Of a DNA stretch of 64,000 bases, positions 9,367 to 18,866 are shown one piece after another. The translations under genes and the position numbers were made by a program. Each line of letters opens with the position of its first letter. Within the stretch, counting starts at the first letter, position 1. The DNA lies in the NCBI GenBank assembly GCA_947455455.1, contig CANGOE010000001.1, positions 38,700 to 102,699 of the forward strand, read 5' to 3'. Below the pieces are notes generated by a model. That model was given only the letters and a program-made list of their open reading frames with translations, made no database searches and was not told where the DNA came from. This stretch comes from Hyphomicrobiales bacterium (GTDB lineage: Bacteria; Pseudomonadota; Alphaproteobacteria; Rhizobiales; Beijerinckiaceae).

Positions 9367-10346
9367 CCATGAAACCGATGGTGTCGGTCACCAATGCCCG
9401 CAAAGTGTTCGACGTGTCCCAGCCCTGGCTGGAGCGTGTGCTGTCCGGTCAGGACAAGCAAATGCTGGTGGCTGTTGACGACGTGTCCTTCACGATCAAG
9501 AAGGGCGAGACCTTTGCGCTGGTGGGGGAGTCGGGATCGGGGAAATCCACGGTGGCCCGCATGGTCACCGGTTTGTTGCCGGCCAGTGGCGGCAAATTCT
9601 CGATTGACGAGGTTGCGCTTGATCCCAAGCATGGCTATCCGCTGTCCTTGCGTCGCCGCCTGCAGATGATCTTTCAGGATCCCTATGCCAGCCTCGATCC
9701 GCGCTGGCGGGTGGGACAGATCATTGCCGAGCCGATGAAGGCGTTCGGTCTGGCCCGCAACGAGGACGAGGAACGCGCCCGCGTCAGCCGGTTGCTCACA
9801 TTGGTCGGGCTTGATCCGGCCGATGCGATCAAATTCCCGCACCAGTTTTCCGGCGGTCAGCGCCAGCGGATCGCGATTGCCCGCGCGCTGGCATCGGATG
9901 CCGATGTGATTGTCTGCGACGAACCGACTTCGGCGCTCGATGTGTCGGTACAGGCGCAAATCCTCAATCTGATGAAAGATTTACAGCGGGACCTGAGCCT
10001 GACTTTGCTGTTTATCAGCCATAATCTGGCAGTTGTCCGTTATATGGCGGATGTGATCGGGGTGATGTATCTGGGTCGTCTGGTCGAGGTCGCCCGCGTC
10101 GAAACCCTGTTTGCCCAGCCCCGACATCCCTATACCCGGATGTTGCTGGATGCGGTGCCCGATCTGGCCATGACCGGCAGAAGCCGCCAGCCGGTGCAAG
10201 GCGAGGTGCCCAATCCGATTTCGCCGCCTTCGGGCTGTACCTTCCATCCGCGTTGCCCGCTGGCCAATGCCCGTTGCCAGAAAGAGATCCCCTTGATGAT
10301 CGACGGTGTTGCCTGTCATGCCGTGCAGGAAGGCCGCAAGGCGTAA
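9363..10346 (+). CDS. ABC transporter ATP-binding protein (DppF/OppF type)
   Basis: ATGA overlap with the previous gene. Walker A GESGSGKST, signature FSGGQRQR, Walker B VIVCDEPTSALD, and C-terminal HPYTRML...CTFHPRCP. Confidence 0.9.
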   Translation: MTMKPMVSVTNARKVFDVSQPWLERVLSGQDKQMLVAVDDVSFTIKKGETFALVGESGSGKSTVARMVTGLLPASGGKFSIDEVALDPKHGYPLSLRRRLQMIFQDPYASLDPRWRVGQIIAEPMKAFGLARNEDEERARVSRLLTLVGLDPADAIKFPHQFSGGQRQRIAIARALASDADVIVCDEPTSALDVSVQAQILNLMKDLQRDLSLTLLFISHNLAVVRYMADVIGVMYLGRLVEVARVETLFAQPRHPYTRMLLDAVPDLAMTGRSRQPVQGEVPNPISPPSGCTFHPRCPLANARCQKEIPLMIDGVACHAVQEGRKA

Positions 10347-10373
10347 AACCGCAAGGTCCGATGTCTTGTGGAA

Positions 10374-11600
10374 TTAACGGAATGTTGTGCTGATCGAACG
10401 GGGGCGGGTGGTGCGATACTGCCCCTGTTCAATGGCAAACCACATGATCACCACCAAACCGATCAGGGTCACCCACCAGCCCTGCAAGGCGACCTGACCC
10501 AGCACGGTGAGGCTGAAACTGGCCAGCAATGTCGCCAGTATCCCCGGTGCCAGCACGGGTGATGATTTGGTGCTGGCGCGGATGATCATCATCAACACAA
10601 CCGCCACGCCGATCACACCCAACAGTCCCAATTCGTACCATAATTCGAACAGAAGTCCGCGCGGGGCCATCGGCTCGATCAATCCGGCGGCTTTGGCCCT
10701 TGCTGTCACATCGAAGCCGTGACCGGTGATCAGGCGCAAGGGCTCGCGTTGCACCAGCCGTCCCCACGCCCGCAAAGCATCGACATTGAGATCGGTCGCC
10801 CCGAAGGCCCATTTTGTGACGGGCCGCAGTAAAAACGGCAGGACAGGAGCCAGCACCAGCAAGCCGATGGTCATGATCCCGCTGACCCAACGCCCCCACG
10901 TCACACGCCAGACGGACAGGGCATAAACCGCCAGACCGAGCGTCAGGCTGAACAATGCCGCATAGGCCTCCTGCAGGATTATGAAACTGCCGGTGATCGC
11001 CAGCACCATCGCCGCACCACCCAAACGTTGTCGTGATACCAGCCAGCCAAAGCAGGGAAAAACCAGCACGCAGGCAAACAGCGGCAGACGTTCGGTGACG
11101 ATTTGATCCACAACAAGATCAGGGTCAAGCGCGCCCCATAGCAACAGGGCATTGGCCAGCACCAGTGCGCCAGCCAGTCCGATGGTCAACAGATGCAAAT
11201 TGTTGGCGCGGCTATGGAGCGGCAGGCTGGCCACCGTGGCCATCACCAGCGCCACAAGCCCGACCAGATTGGCCCAGCGGGCTATGGCCTCGCTTTTGAA
11301 AGGGGTCCAGACCAGCGACAATCCGGCCCATATCAGCACGAACAGGCCCGCAATGCCGCAAAGCGACAAGACCAAGCGGGAAAGGGACTGCCATGGCTCC
11401 TTGTTCTCGCTTTCAATCAGCGTCGCCAGAATCAGCAAGATCGCCCCGAACGGCACCGCGATCACAAAACCGCGCCGCGAGGCCATCGACAAGAGGGGAG
11501 CCGCCGCCAGCGCAAAAAAGCCGACACGCCGCAACAGGCGTGCCGCAGATGCCGCCGGTTGAGCAGATGGGGTGGATTGCAACGGCATCGATTTGCTCAA
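10374..11600 (-). CDS. polytopic inner-membrane protein, possibly O-antigen ligase/polymerase (Wzy_C-like) family
   Basis: 408 aa with roughly 10 hydrophobic segments. It lies 15 nt downstream of mmsB on the same strand. The start is TTG at 11600, with an alternative ATG at 11588. The family assignment is only an impression from the TM pattern. Confidence 0.5.
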   Translation of the reverse strand: MSKSMPLQSTPSAQPAASAARLLRRVGFFALAAAPLLSMASRRGFVIAVPFGAILLILATLIESENKEPWQSLSRLVLSLCGIAGLFVLIWAGLSLVWTPFKSEAIARWANLVGLVALVMATVASLPLHSRANNLHLLTIGLAGALVLANALLLWGALDPDLVVDQIVTERLPLFACVLVFPCFGWLVSRQRLGGAAMVLAITGSFIILQEAYAALFSLTLGLAVYALSVWRVTWGRWVSGIMTIGLLVLAPVLPFLLRPVTKWAFGATDLNVDALRAWGRLVQREPLRLITGHGFDVTARAKAAGLIEPMAPRGLLFELWYELGLLGVIGVAVVLMMIIRASTKSSPVLAPGILATLLASFSLTVLGQVALQGWWVTLIGLVVIMWFAIEQGQYRTTRPRSISTTFR

Positions 11601-11615
11601 TGGGTCAATCAGACG

Positions 11616-12506
11616 TCAGTCTTGCGATCTTAGCATTGCGATGATGCCGGAGAAATCTTTTTCCGAGGCGCCGGAATCCAGATAGCGCTGATACAGTTCG
11701 GTCGCCTTGGCTCCCAAGGGAGTCTGCGCGCCCGCACTCTGGGCCGCGTCTTGGGACAGGGCCAGATCTTTCAACATCAAAGGCGTGGCAAAGCCGGGCT
11801 GATAATCCCGATTGGCGGGGCTGGTCGGTACAGGGCCGGGCACCGGGCAATAGGTGGTCAGGGACCAGCATTGACCCGACGAGGTCGAGGCGACATCGAA
11901 CAGCGCCTGATGGGAGAGGCCGAGCTTTTCGGCCAGTGCAAAGCCTTCGCAGACCGCAATCATCGAAATGCCCAAAATCATATTGTTGCAGATTTTGGCG
12001 GCTTGCCCCGCACCGGCCTCGCCGCAATGGACGATCTTTTTGCCCATGGCTTCAAGCACCGGTCTGGCGCGGGCAAAGGCGGTGTCGGTGCCACCGCACA
12101 TGAAGGTCAGGGTTGCCCCTTGCGCCCCGCCGACACCGCCCGACACCGGTGCATCCAGCGCGGTCAGTGCTTTTGACGTGGCAAGCGAATGGGCGGCGCG
12201 TGCGCTTTCGACATCAATGGTCGAGCAATCAACCAGCAAGGCATCGGGCTGAGTGCCGGCAAGCACATCCTGCCAAACCGACAGCACATGTTTGCCCGCA
12301 GGCAACATGGTGATCACGACATCGGCCTGTTTGACCGCTTCGAGCGCCGAGCCTGCCGGGGTCACCCCATGCGCCTTGGCCTGATCGAGATGGCTGGTCG
12401 ACAGATCAAATCCGGTGACCGAAAATCCGGCTTTGACCAGATTGGCGGCCATTGGCCCGCCCATATTGCCCAGCCCGATAAATGCGATGGCGAGTGTCTT
12501 GCTCAT
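11616..12506 (-). CDS. mmsB: 3-hydroxyisobutyrate dehydrogenase
   Basis: N-terminal Rossmann fold IAFIGLGNMGGPMAANL, 296 aa, HIBADH-family sequence. ATGA overlap with the upstream acyl-CoA dehydrogenase, within a valine-catabolic context with mmsA. Confidence 0.9.
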   Translation of the reverse strand: MSKTLAIAFIGLGNMGGPMAANLVKAGFSVTGFDLSTSHLDQAKAHGVTPAGSALEAVKQADVVITMLPAGKHVLSVWQDVLAGTQPDALLVDCSTIDVESARAAHSLATSKALTALDAPVSGGVGGAQGATLTFMCGGTDTAFARARPVLEAMGKKIVHCGEAGAGQAAKICNNMILGISMIAVCEGFALAEKLGLSHQALFDVASTSSGQCWSLTTYCPVPGPVPTSPANRDYQPGFATPLMLKDLALSQDAAQSAGAQTPLGAKATELYQRYLDSGASEKDFSGIIAMLRSQD

Positions 12507-13666
12507 GATCCGCTTCCTTGTCCGCGACCGACCAACTGGCGCGCAATGATCACGCGCATGATTTCATTGGTGCCTTCGAGAATTTGATGCACGCGCAGAT
12601 CGCGTACGATTTTTTCAACGCCGTAATCAGCCAGATAGCCATAGCCGCCATGCAGTTGCAGGGCCTGATTGGCGACCTCGAACCCTGTATCGGTGACAAA
12701 GCGCTTGGCCATGGCCGATAATTGCGAGGCATCATGCGCCTTGGCATCCAGTGCCGAAGCCGCTCTCCACAAAAAGGTGCGGGCCACTTCCAGTTCGGTG
12801 GCCATATCGGCAAGCCGGAATTGTAAGGCCTGGAAATCCTGCAATTTTTTTCCGAAAGCCTTGCGGTCATTCATATAGGACAGTGATTTTTCCAGCGCCG
12901 ATTGCGCGCCGCCCAGCGAGCAGGCCGCGATGTTGAGGCGGCCGCCATCCAGTCCCGACATGGCAATCTTGAAGCCGATCCCTTCGGGGCCCAACCGGTT
13001 GACCACCGGCACACGGCAATTGTCCATGATCACCTGACGGGTCGGTTGCGCGTTCCAGCCCATCTTTTTCTCGACAGCGCCGAAAGACAGGCCGGGCGTG
13101 CCTTTCTCGATCAGCAAGGTGGAAATACCGGAAGGGCCTTCGCCGCCGGTGCGCACCATCACGGCATAGACATCGGCCACACCCGCGCCGGAAATGAACT
13201 GTTTGACCCCGTCGACAATGTAATGGTCGCCATCAAGCCGCGCGCGGGTTTTCAGCGCGGCCGCATCGGAGCCGGAGCCCGGTTCGGTCAGGCAATAGGC
13301 GGCGATCTTGTCCATTGTCACAATCGGCGGCAACCAGTGCTGGCGCTGTTCGGGCGAGCCGTTCTGGTCGATCATCCACGCCACCATATTGTGGATCGAC
13401 AGATAGGCCGAAATGGCCGGACAGCCAGTGGCCAGTGCCTCGAAAATCAGGGCCGCATCCAGACGGCCCAAACCGGAGCCGCCGACATCCTCGCGCACAT
13501 AGATCGCGGCCATGCCGAGCTTGGCGGCCTCGCGCATCACATCCACCGGAAAATGGCTGGATTGATCCCATTCCACGGCATGGGGTGCGAGCTGTGCATC
13601 GGCAAAATCGCGTGCCATATCGCGAATGGCGATCCGGTCCTCATCGAGGGCGAAAAGTTGAGCCAT
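12503..13666 (-). CDS. acyl-CoA dehydrogenase (isobutyryl-CoA dehydrogenase by context)
   Basis: ACAD-family sequence (CLTEPGSGSDAAAL, QLHGGYGY). The ATG at 13666 is preceded by AGGGAGG. The longest ORF extends to 13699. Confidence 0.88.
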   Translation of the reverse strand: MAQLFALDEDRIAIRDMARDFADAQLAPHAVEWDQSSHFPVDVMREAAKLGMAAIYVREDVGGSGLGRLDAALIFEALATGCPAISAYLSIHNMVAWMIDQNGSPEQRQHWLPPIVTMDKIAAYCLTEPGSGSDAAALKTRARLDGDHYIVDGVKQFISGAGVADVYAVMVRTGGEGPSGISTLLIEKGTPGLSFGAVEKKMGWNAQPTRQVIMDNCRVPVVNRLGPEGIGFKIAMSGLDGGRLNIAACSLGGAQSALEKSLSYMNDRKAFGKKLQDFQALQFRLADMATELEVARTFLWRAASALDAKAHDASQLSAMAKRFVTDTGFEVANQALQLHGGYGYLADYGVEKIVRDLRVHQILEGTNEIMRVIIARQLVGRGQGSGS

Positions 13667-13750
13667 TGGTGAACCTCCCTTTTTGCCCAGTGAAAACAAA
13701 TCAGGGGCAGCATGCTACCCCTGATTTCGTCTCATATGGTTGGTGTGCGC

Positions 13751-15250
13751 TTAGCGCATGGTCGGAATCACAAATTCCGCCCCGTCCTTGATGCCCGAAG
13801 GCCAACGCGAGGTGATGGTTTTGGTCTTGGTATAGAAGCGGAACGCATCGGGACCATGCTGGTTGAGATCGCCGAAGCCCGAACGCTTCCAGCCCCCGAA
13901 GGTGTAATAGGCCAAAGGCACGGGAATCGGCACATTGATGCCGATCATGCCGACCTGCACCTTGGAGGCGAAATCACGGGCCGCATCGCCGTCACGGGTA
14001 AAAATGGCCACGCCATTGCCGTATTCGTGGTCATTGGCCAGCGACAGCGCCTTTTCATAGGTCGGCGCACGGATCACCGAGAGGACGGGACCGAAAATTT
14101 CCTCTTTATAGATGCGCATGTCTTCGGTCACATTGTCGAACAGACAGCCGCCCATATAGAAGCCGTTTTCATAGCCCTGCATTTTGAAGTTGCGGCCATC
14201 GACCACCAGCTTGGCACCTTCTTTCACGCCGACATCGACATAGTCCTTGACCTTGTCGAGATGGGCTTTGGTGACCAGCGGACCAAAATCGGCTGACGGA
14301 TCGGTGGACGGGCCAACCTTCAGGCTTTCGACACGGGGAACCAGCTTTTCCATCAGGCGGTTGGCCGTGCCCTCGCCAACCGGAACCGCCACCGAAATCG
14401 CCATGCAACGCTCGCCGGCCGAACCGTAACCAGCCCCCATCAAGGCATCGACAGCCTGATCCATATCGGCATCGGGCATGATGATCATGTGGTTTTTCGC
14501 GCCGCCGAAGCACTGGACGCGCTTGCCGCTGGCGCAACCGCGCGTATAGACATATTCGGCAATCGGGGTGGAGCCGACAAAGCCGATTGCTTTCACATCG
14601 GGATCATCCAGCAAGGCATCGACAGCTTCCTTGTCGCCATTGACGACATTAAGGATGCCGGCAGGCAGACCTGCTTCAAGGAACAGTTCGGCAATCCGCA
14701 ACGGCACGCCGACATCACGCTCGGATGGCTTCAGAATAAAGGCATTGCCGCAGGCAATCGCCGGGGCGCATTTCCACAAGGGAATCATCGCCGGGAAGTT
14801 GAACGGGGTAATGCCCGCCACCACGCCGAGCGGCTGGCGGATCGAATAGATGTCGATATTGGGGCCTGCACCATCGGTGAATTCCCCTTTCAGCAAATGC
14901 GGCGCACCGATGCAGAATTCGACCACTTCCAGCCCGCGCTGGATATCGCCTTTGGCATCGGCCACGGTTTTGCCGTGCTCTTTGGCCAGCAACAGGGCCA
15001 ATTCGTCATATTCCTTATGGACCAGCTCGAGAAATTTCATCAGCACGCGAGCGCGGCGCTGTGGATTGGTGGCCGCCCAGGCAGGCTGTGCCGCCATGGC
15101 GTTTTCCACCGCGGCCCGCACTTCCCCGGTGGAAGCGAGCGGCACGCGCGAGGCAACTTCGCCGGTCATCGGCCAATAGGCATCGGCAAAACGGCCGGAT
15201 GTGCCCTTGACATGCTTGCCGCCGATAAAATGGGTCAATTCAGTTGCCAT
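13751..15250 (-). CDS. mmsA: methylmalonate-semialdehyde dehydrogenase (CoA-acylating)
   Basis: ALDH superfamily with the MMSDH-type N-terminus (HFIGGKHVKGTSGRFADAYWPMTGE) and the catalytic-Cys region GERCMA. The ATG at 15250 is preceded by AGGAGG. The longest ORF extends to 15331. Confidence 0.9.
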   Translation of the reverse strand: MATELTHFIGGKHVKGTSGRFADAYWPMTGEVASRVPLASTGEVRAAVENAMAAQPAWAATNPQRRARVLMKFLELVHKEYDELALLLAKEHGKTVADAKGDIQRGLEVVEFCIGAPHLLKGEFTDGAGPNIDIYSIRQPLGVVAGITPFNFPAMIPLWKCAPAIACGNAFILKPSERDVGVPLRIAELFLEAGLPAGILNVVNGDKEAVDALLDDPDVKAIGFVGSTPIAEYVYTRGCASGKRVQCFGGAKNHMIIMPDADMDQAVDALMGAGYGSAGERCMAISVAVPVGEGTANRLMEKLVPRVESLKVGPSTDPSADFGPLVTKAHLDKVKDYVDVGVKEGAKLVVDGRNFKMQGYENGFYMGGCLFDNVTEDMRIYKEEIFGPVLSVIRAPTYEKALSLANDHEYGNGVAIFTRDGDAARDFASKVQVGMIGINVPIPVPLAYYTFGGWKRSGFGDLNQHGPDAFRFYTKTKTITSRWPSGIKDGAEFVIPTMR

Positions 15251-15415
15251 GGTCGTTCCTCCTCGCATCATGGGCCGATGATTGGTGCCATCGGCATCTT
15301 GAACAGCTTCATTCAATTCTTGGCTTAACACTGCTCTTCCTGCAAGGCTATGCCCTGAAGGGGTAAGAACAATTATTTATCTTACGATCAACAGCCCGAA
15401 AGGATCACTCCGGTC

Positions 15416-16246
15416 CTATGATAACCGGTAAAAACGGCTGGCATTGCCGCCAAACAAGGCCGCCTGCTGATCATCGCTCCAATGCCGGATGGTGTGGCTG
15501 ACGGTTTCAAACCATCTTGCATAGTCGCTCGCCAGCGTCAAAACGGGCCAGTCCGAGCCGAAGATCATGCGGTCCGGCCCGAAAACCTGCATCAGATGGT
15601 CGAGATAGGGGGCAAGGTCTTCGGGTTGCCAATCGGGTCCGGCTTCGGTGACCAGACCCGAACATTTGCACAGGGCTCCGGTCTCTTCCGCAAGGCGGGT
15701 CATCGCGCCGGCCCAAGGCTCGAACAGCCTGTCCCTGATCTGCGGCTTGGCCCCGTGATCGATCACCACGCGCAGATCGGGATAGCGGTGGATCAATCGA
15801 TGCAGTTGATCGAGATGCTTCGGCAGGACCAGCGCATCGAAAGCCAGATCATGCGCGATCAGCGCTGTGTAGGCCCAGTCGAAGGCCGGCCTCAGCATCC
15901 AGTCAGGATCGGCAATGTCCTGAATCATCGGCCTGATGCCTTTGAGCAGGGGGTTCTGCGCCAGCCTCTCGAGCTCGCGCCGGTGGTCGGGTTGCTCGAA
16001 GTCGATCCAGCCGACCACGCCTTTGACAAACGGGGTGCGGCTGGCGATGTCGAGCAGATAATCGGTCTCGGCCAGACTCGGTGCGGCTTGCACCAGCACT
16101 GTGCCGCTGATGGCATGGGCCTTGAGGTGGGGAGCCAGATCATCCGGCCCGAAGGGTTTGAACAAAGCGGGCAGATCCGCTGTCAGCCAGCCGTAATCAC
16201 CACGGGCCGGATCCCAGAAATGTTGATGGGCGTCAATGATCATCAT
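15416..16246 (-). CDS. amidohydrolase-2 (COG3618) family lactonase, L-fucono-1,5-lactonase-like
   Basis: N-terminus MIIDAHQHFWDP, a later HGA motif and FGSDWPV. It sits directly downstream of FucU and an aldo-keto reductase. Confidence 0.8.
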   Translation of the reverse strand: MMIIDAHQHFWDPARGDYGWLTADLPALFKPFGPDDLAPHLKAHAISGTVLVQAAPSLAETDYLLDIASRTPFVKGVVGWIDFEQPDHRRELERLAQNPLLKGIRPMIQDIADPDWMLRPAFDWAYTALIAHDLAFDALVLPKHLDQLHRLIHRYPDLRVVIDHGAKPQIRDRLFEPWAGAMTRLAEETGALCKCSGLVTEAGPDWQPEDLAPYLDHLMQVFGPDRMIFGSDWPVLTLASDYARWFETVSHTIRHWSDDQQAALFGGNASRFYRLS

Positions 16247-16261
16247 GCGGGGCTCGTTGTC

Positions 16262-16696
16262 TCAGGATTGCGGGCGGATCACGCCTTTTTTGAGGAGCAG
16301 ATTGCCATAAAGCCGCGTTTCGCCACTCACCACGATGGCAAAGGCCTTGCCGGCGCGCTCGTAAAAGGCAAAGCGCTCAAGCGAAGCGAGGCTGGCCCCA
16401 TCGCCGTGCTTGGCCAGAACCGCGCGGAAATCGTCAAAGATCGGCATTTGGGCGGCAGGATCACCCACCACCTGCATGTGCCAGGCACATTCAGGCACGA
16501 AATCATCAAGCGGCATGACCGATAAAATCGCCTCTGCAATGCGCGGCGCGTCGATGCCGTCGAGCCGGATCAGCGGACGGCCCGCACTCGCCGCCGGAAA
16601 ATTGGCATCGGCAATCACGATGTCGTCGCCGTGGCCCATGGCGCGCAAGGTGGCCAGCAATTCGGGGCCAAGCAATGGATCAATCTGTTTCAGCAT
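16262..16696 (-). CDS. fucU: L-fucose mutarotase (RbsD/FucU family)
   Basis: 144 aa. MLKQIDPLLGPELLATLRAMGHGDDIVIADANFPA closely parallels the E. coli FucU N-terminus. Confidence 0.88.
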   Translation of the reverse strand: MLKQIDPLLGPELLATLRAMGHGDDIVIADANFPAASAGRPLIRLDGIDAPRIAEAILSVMPLDDFVPECAWHMQVVGDPAAQMPIFDDFRAVLAKHGDGASLASLERFAFYERAGKAFAIVVSGETRLYGNLLLKKGVIRPQS

Positions 16697-16714
16697 CCTG
16701 GTGTCCTTGTTCGA

Positions 16715-17776
16715 TCAGGCCGGAACGGGCGCATGGGCGGCAATCAGGCCGGCGGTTTTCAAATCCGCCCAGAAGGCGGGCGGAATGGCGACATCGAATT
16801 GTGCGGCATTGCGCCGGACCTCGTCGGGCGTTTTGCCGCCGGGAATGACCGAGACTATGGCGGGATGGGCCAGCGGAAACTGGATGGCCGCGCAGGGCAG
16901 GGAGACATGATGGGCGGCGCAGATCGCCTCGATCTTGCGCACGCGCTCGAGGACCGGTTGCGGCGCAGGCTCGTAATTGTAAACGGCTCCCTCGCGGGCA
17001 CCTGTGGCCAGTATCCCGGAATTATAGGGGCCGCCGCACATGATGCCGATCCCGCGCTGTTCGCACAAAGGCAGGAAGGTTGCGAGGGCTTCCTGTTCCA
17101 GCAAGGTATAGCGACCCGCCAGCAGGAAGAGATCGAAATCGCCCGCTTTCGCCAGTCGCTCGCACATCTGCCAGACATTCAGGCCTGCCCCGAACGCCGC
17201 AATGCGTCCTTCCGACCGCAGGCGTTCGAGCGCCTTGTAGCCGCCGTCCATGAAGATTTTGAAATGGTGTTCGCTGGTTTCGGCACTGCCATGGGTTTCG
17301 GCATCAATGTCGTGGCACAACAGGATATCGATCTTGTCGACACCCAGCCGCTCCATCGAAAAATCGAAGGACCGCATCACCCCGTCATAGGAATAGTCAA
17401 ACACCACCTCGCGGGCGGGCGTGTCGAAATAATGCTCCTGTGCCGAGCGCTGATCGCGCGCGCAGGGGCGCAACAAGCGGCCTATTTTGGTCGACAGCAC
17501 CAGCTGTTCGCCGCGATGTCGGCGCAAAAACGGGTTCAGCCGGGTTTCGGCTATGCCGAGGCCGTAAAAGGGAGCGGTATCGAAAGCGCGGCATCCCGCC
17601 TCCCAAGCCGCATCAAGGGTGGCATGGGCGGCCTCGTCGCTGATCGGAGCAAACAGATTGCCCAATGGAGCAGTGCCGAAGCCCATCGAGGTGAAAGGCA
17701 ATGTCTGGCCGTTGCGGGTTTTAAAAATACGGGTGTGGAGCAAAGTGGCTGTTTCCTGATCCTGATGTGGTCGCAA
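16715..17776 (-). CDS. aldo-keto reductase, D-threo-aldose (L-fucose) 1-dehydrogenase-like
   Basis: AKR-family sequence ([19 protein letters not shown]). The coordinates give the longest ORF, which starts at a TTG. An in-frame TTG at 17743, preceded by AGGAAAC, gives a more typical AKR N-terminus. Confidence 0.8.
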   Translation of the reverse strand: MRPHQDQETATLLHTRIFKTRNGQTLPFTSMGFGTAPLGNLFAPISDEAAHATLDAAWEAGCRAFDTAPFYGLGIAETRLNPFLRRHRGEQLVLSTKIGRLLRPCARDQRSAQEHYFDTPAREVVFDYSYDGVMRSFDFSMERLGVDKIDILLCHDIDAETHGSAETSEHHFKIFMDGGYKALERLRSEGRIAAFGAGLNVWQMCERLAKAGDFDLFLLAGRYTLLEQEALATFLPLCEQRGIGIMCGGPYNSGILATGAREGAVYNYEPAPQPVLERVRKIEAICAAHHVSLPCAAIQFPLAHPAIVSVIPGGKTPDEVRRNAAQFDVAIPPAFWADLKTAGLIAAHAPVPA

Positions 17777-17855
17777 TCATTTTGTTGAACCTTGTGTTAT
17801 GCTATTCAATAATGACACTCCAGACGAGCAGAATTGTTGCGTGAAAGGCCGAAAC

Positions 17856-18815
17856 ATGTCCTCGAAACTTGATCAACTCAAAAGCATGACCGTAGTGGTT
17901 GCCGATACCGGTGACATCGAGGCGATACAGGCATTCCAGCCCACCGATTGCACGACCAATCCGACCCTGATCCTCAAAGCGGCCCAAATGCCAGCTTATG
18001 CGCATCTGGTGGACGAGGCGGTCCATTGGGGGCGGGCGCAGGGTGGGGATCAGTCTGCCATTGTCGCCGCCGTCTGCGACCGTCTGGCTGTGACCTTCGG
18101 CACCGAATTGAGCCGGCTTGTGCCCGGACGGGTCTCGACCGAGGTGGATGCCGATCTGTCGTTCAACACCGCCGCCAGCATAGCCAAGGGCCGCGCCATC
18201 ATTGCCGATTACCAATCGCGCGGGGTTGGCCGTGAACGGGTTCTGATCAAGCTCGCCTCCACATGGGAGGGGATCCGCGCCGCAGAAATTCTCGAGCGCG
18301 AAGGCATCAATTGCAATCTGACCCTGCTGTTCTGTCTCGCCCAGGCGGCGGCGGCGGCCGAAGCGGGAGCCTTTTTGATCTCTCCCTTTGTCGGGCGTAT
18401 TCTGGATTGGCACGCCAAAGCCGAAGGCCGCACATTCGGGGCTGACGAGGATCCCGGTGTGCTGTCGGTGCGCGCCATTTACGCCTATTACAAGCGCCAC
18501 GGCTATAACACCGTGGTGATGGGAGCGAGTTTCCGCAATCAAGGCGAGATCGAATCGCTGGCCGGTTGTGACCGCCTGACCATTGCGCCGGCTTTGCTGG
18601 AATCCCTGGCCAAAGATCAGGGTCCGCTGGTCCGCCAGCTTGAAGCGACATCAGCGGCCAAAAACGGGGCCGACAAGCTGGCCAGCGACGAGGCCAGTTT
18701 CCGCTTTGCCTTGAACGAGGATGCCATGGCCACCGAAAAACTGGCCGAAGGGATCCGCTCTTTCGCCAAGGATTTGCGCTCCCTGCGTGCGATGGTGCAA
18801 GCCAAACTGGCGTAA
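17856..18815 (+). CDS. tal: transaldolase (TalB type)
   Basis: [20 protein letters not shown]...[11 protein letters not shown] and the catalytic Lys region [13 protein letters not shown] at 17856; the longest ORF starts at 17799. Confidence 0.9.
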   Translation: MSSKLDQLKSMTVVVADTGDIEAIQAFQPTDCTTNPTLILKAAQMPAYAHLVDEAVHWGRAQGGDQSAIVAAVCDRLAVTFGTELSRLVPGRVSTEVDADLSFNTAASIAKGRAIIADYQSRGVGRERVLIKLASTWEGIRAAEILEREGINCNLTLLFCLAQAAAAAEAGAFLISPFVGRILDWHAKAEGRTFGADEDPGVLSVRAIYAYYKRHGYNTVVMGASFRNQGEIESLAGCDRLTIAPALLESLAKDQGPLVRQLEATSAAKNGADKLASDEASFRFALNEDAMATEKLAEGIRSFAKDLRSLRAMVQAKLA

Positions 18816-18837
18816 AAGCCGATTGGTGCGACAGATA

Positions 18838-18866
18838 GAAAATCCGGCTCGAAGCCGGATTTTTTT
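18838..18866. terminator. bidirectional rho-independent terminator between tal and the ThDP-enzyme gene
   Basis: AAAATCCGGCT-CGA-AGCCGGATTTTTTT. An A-run lies 5' and a T-run 3', so it can work on both strands. It overlaps the stop codon of the convergent gene. Confidence 0.75.
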
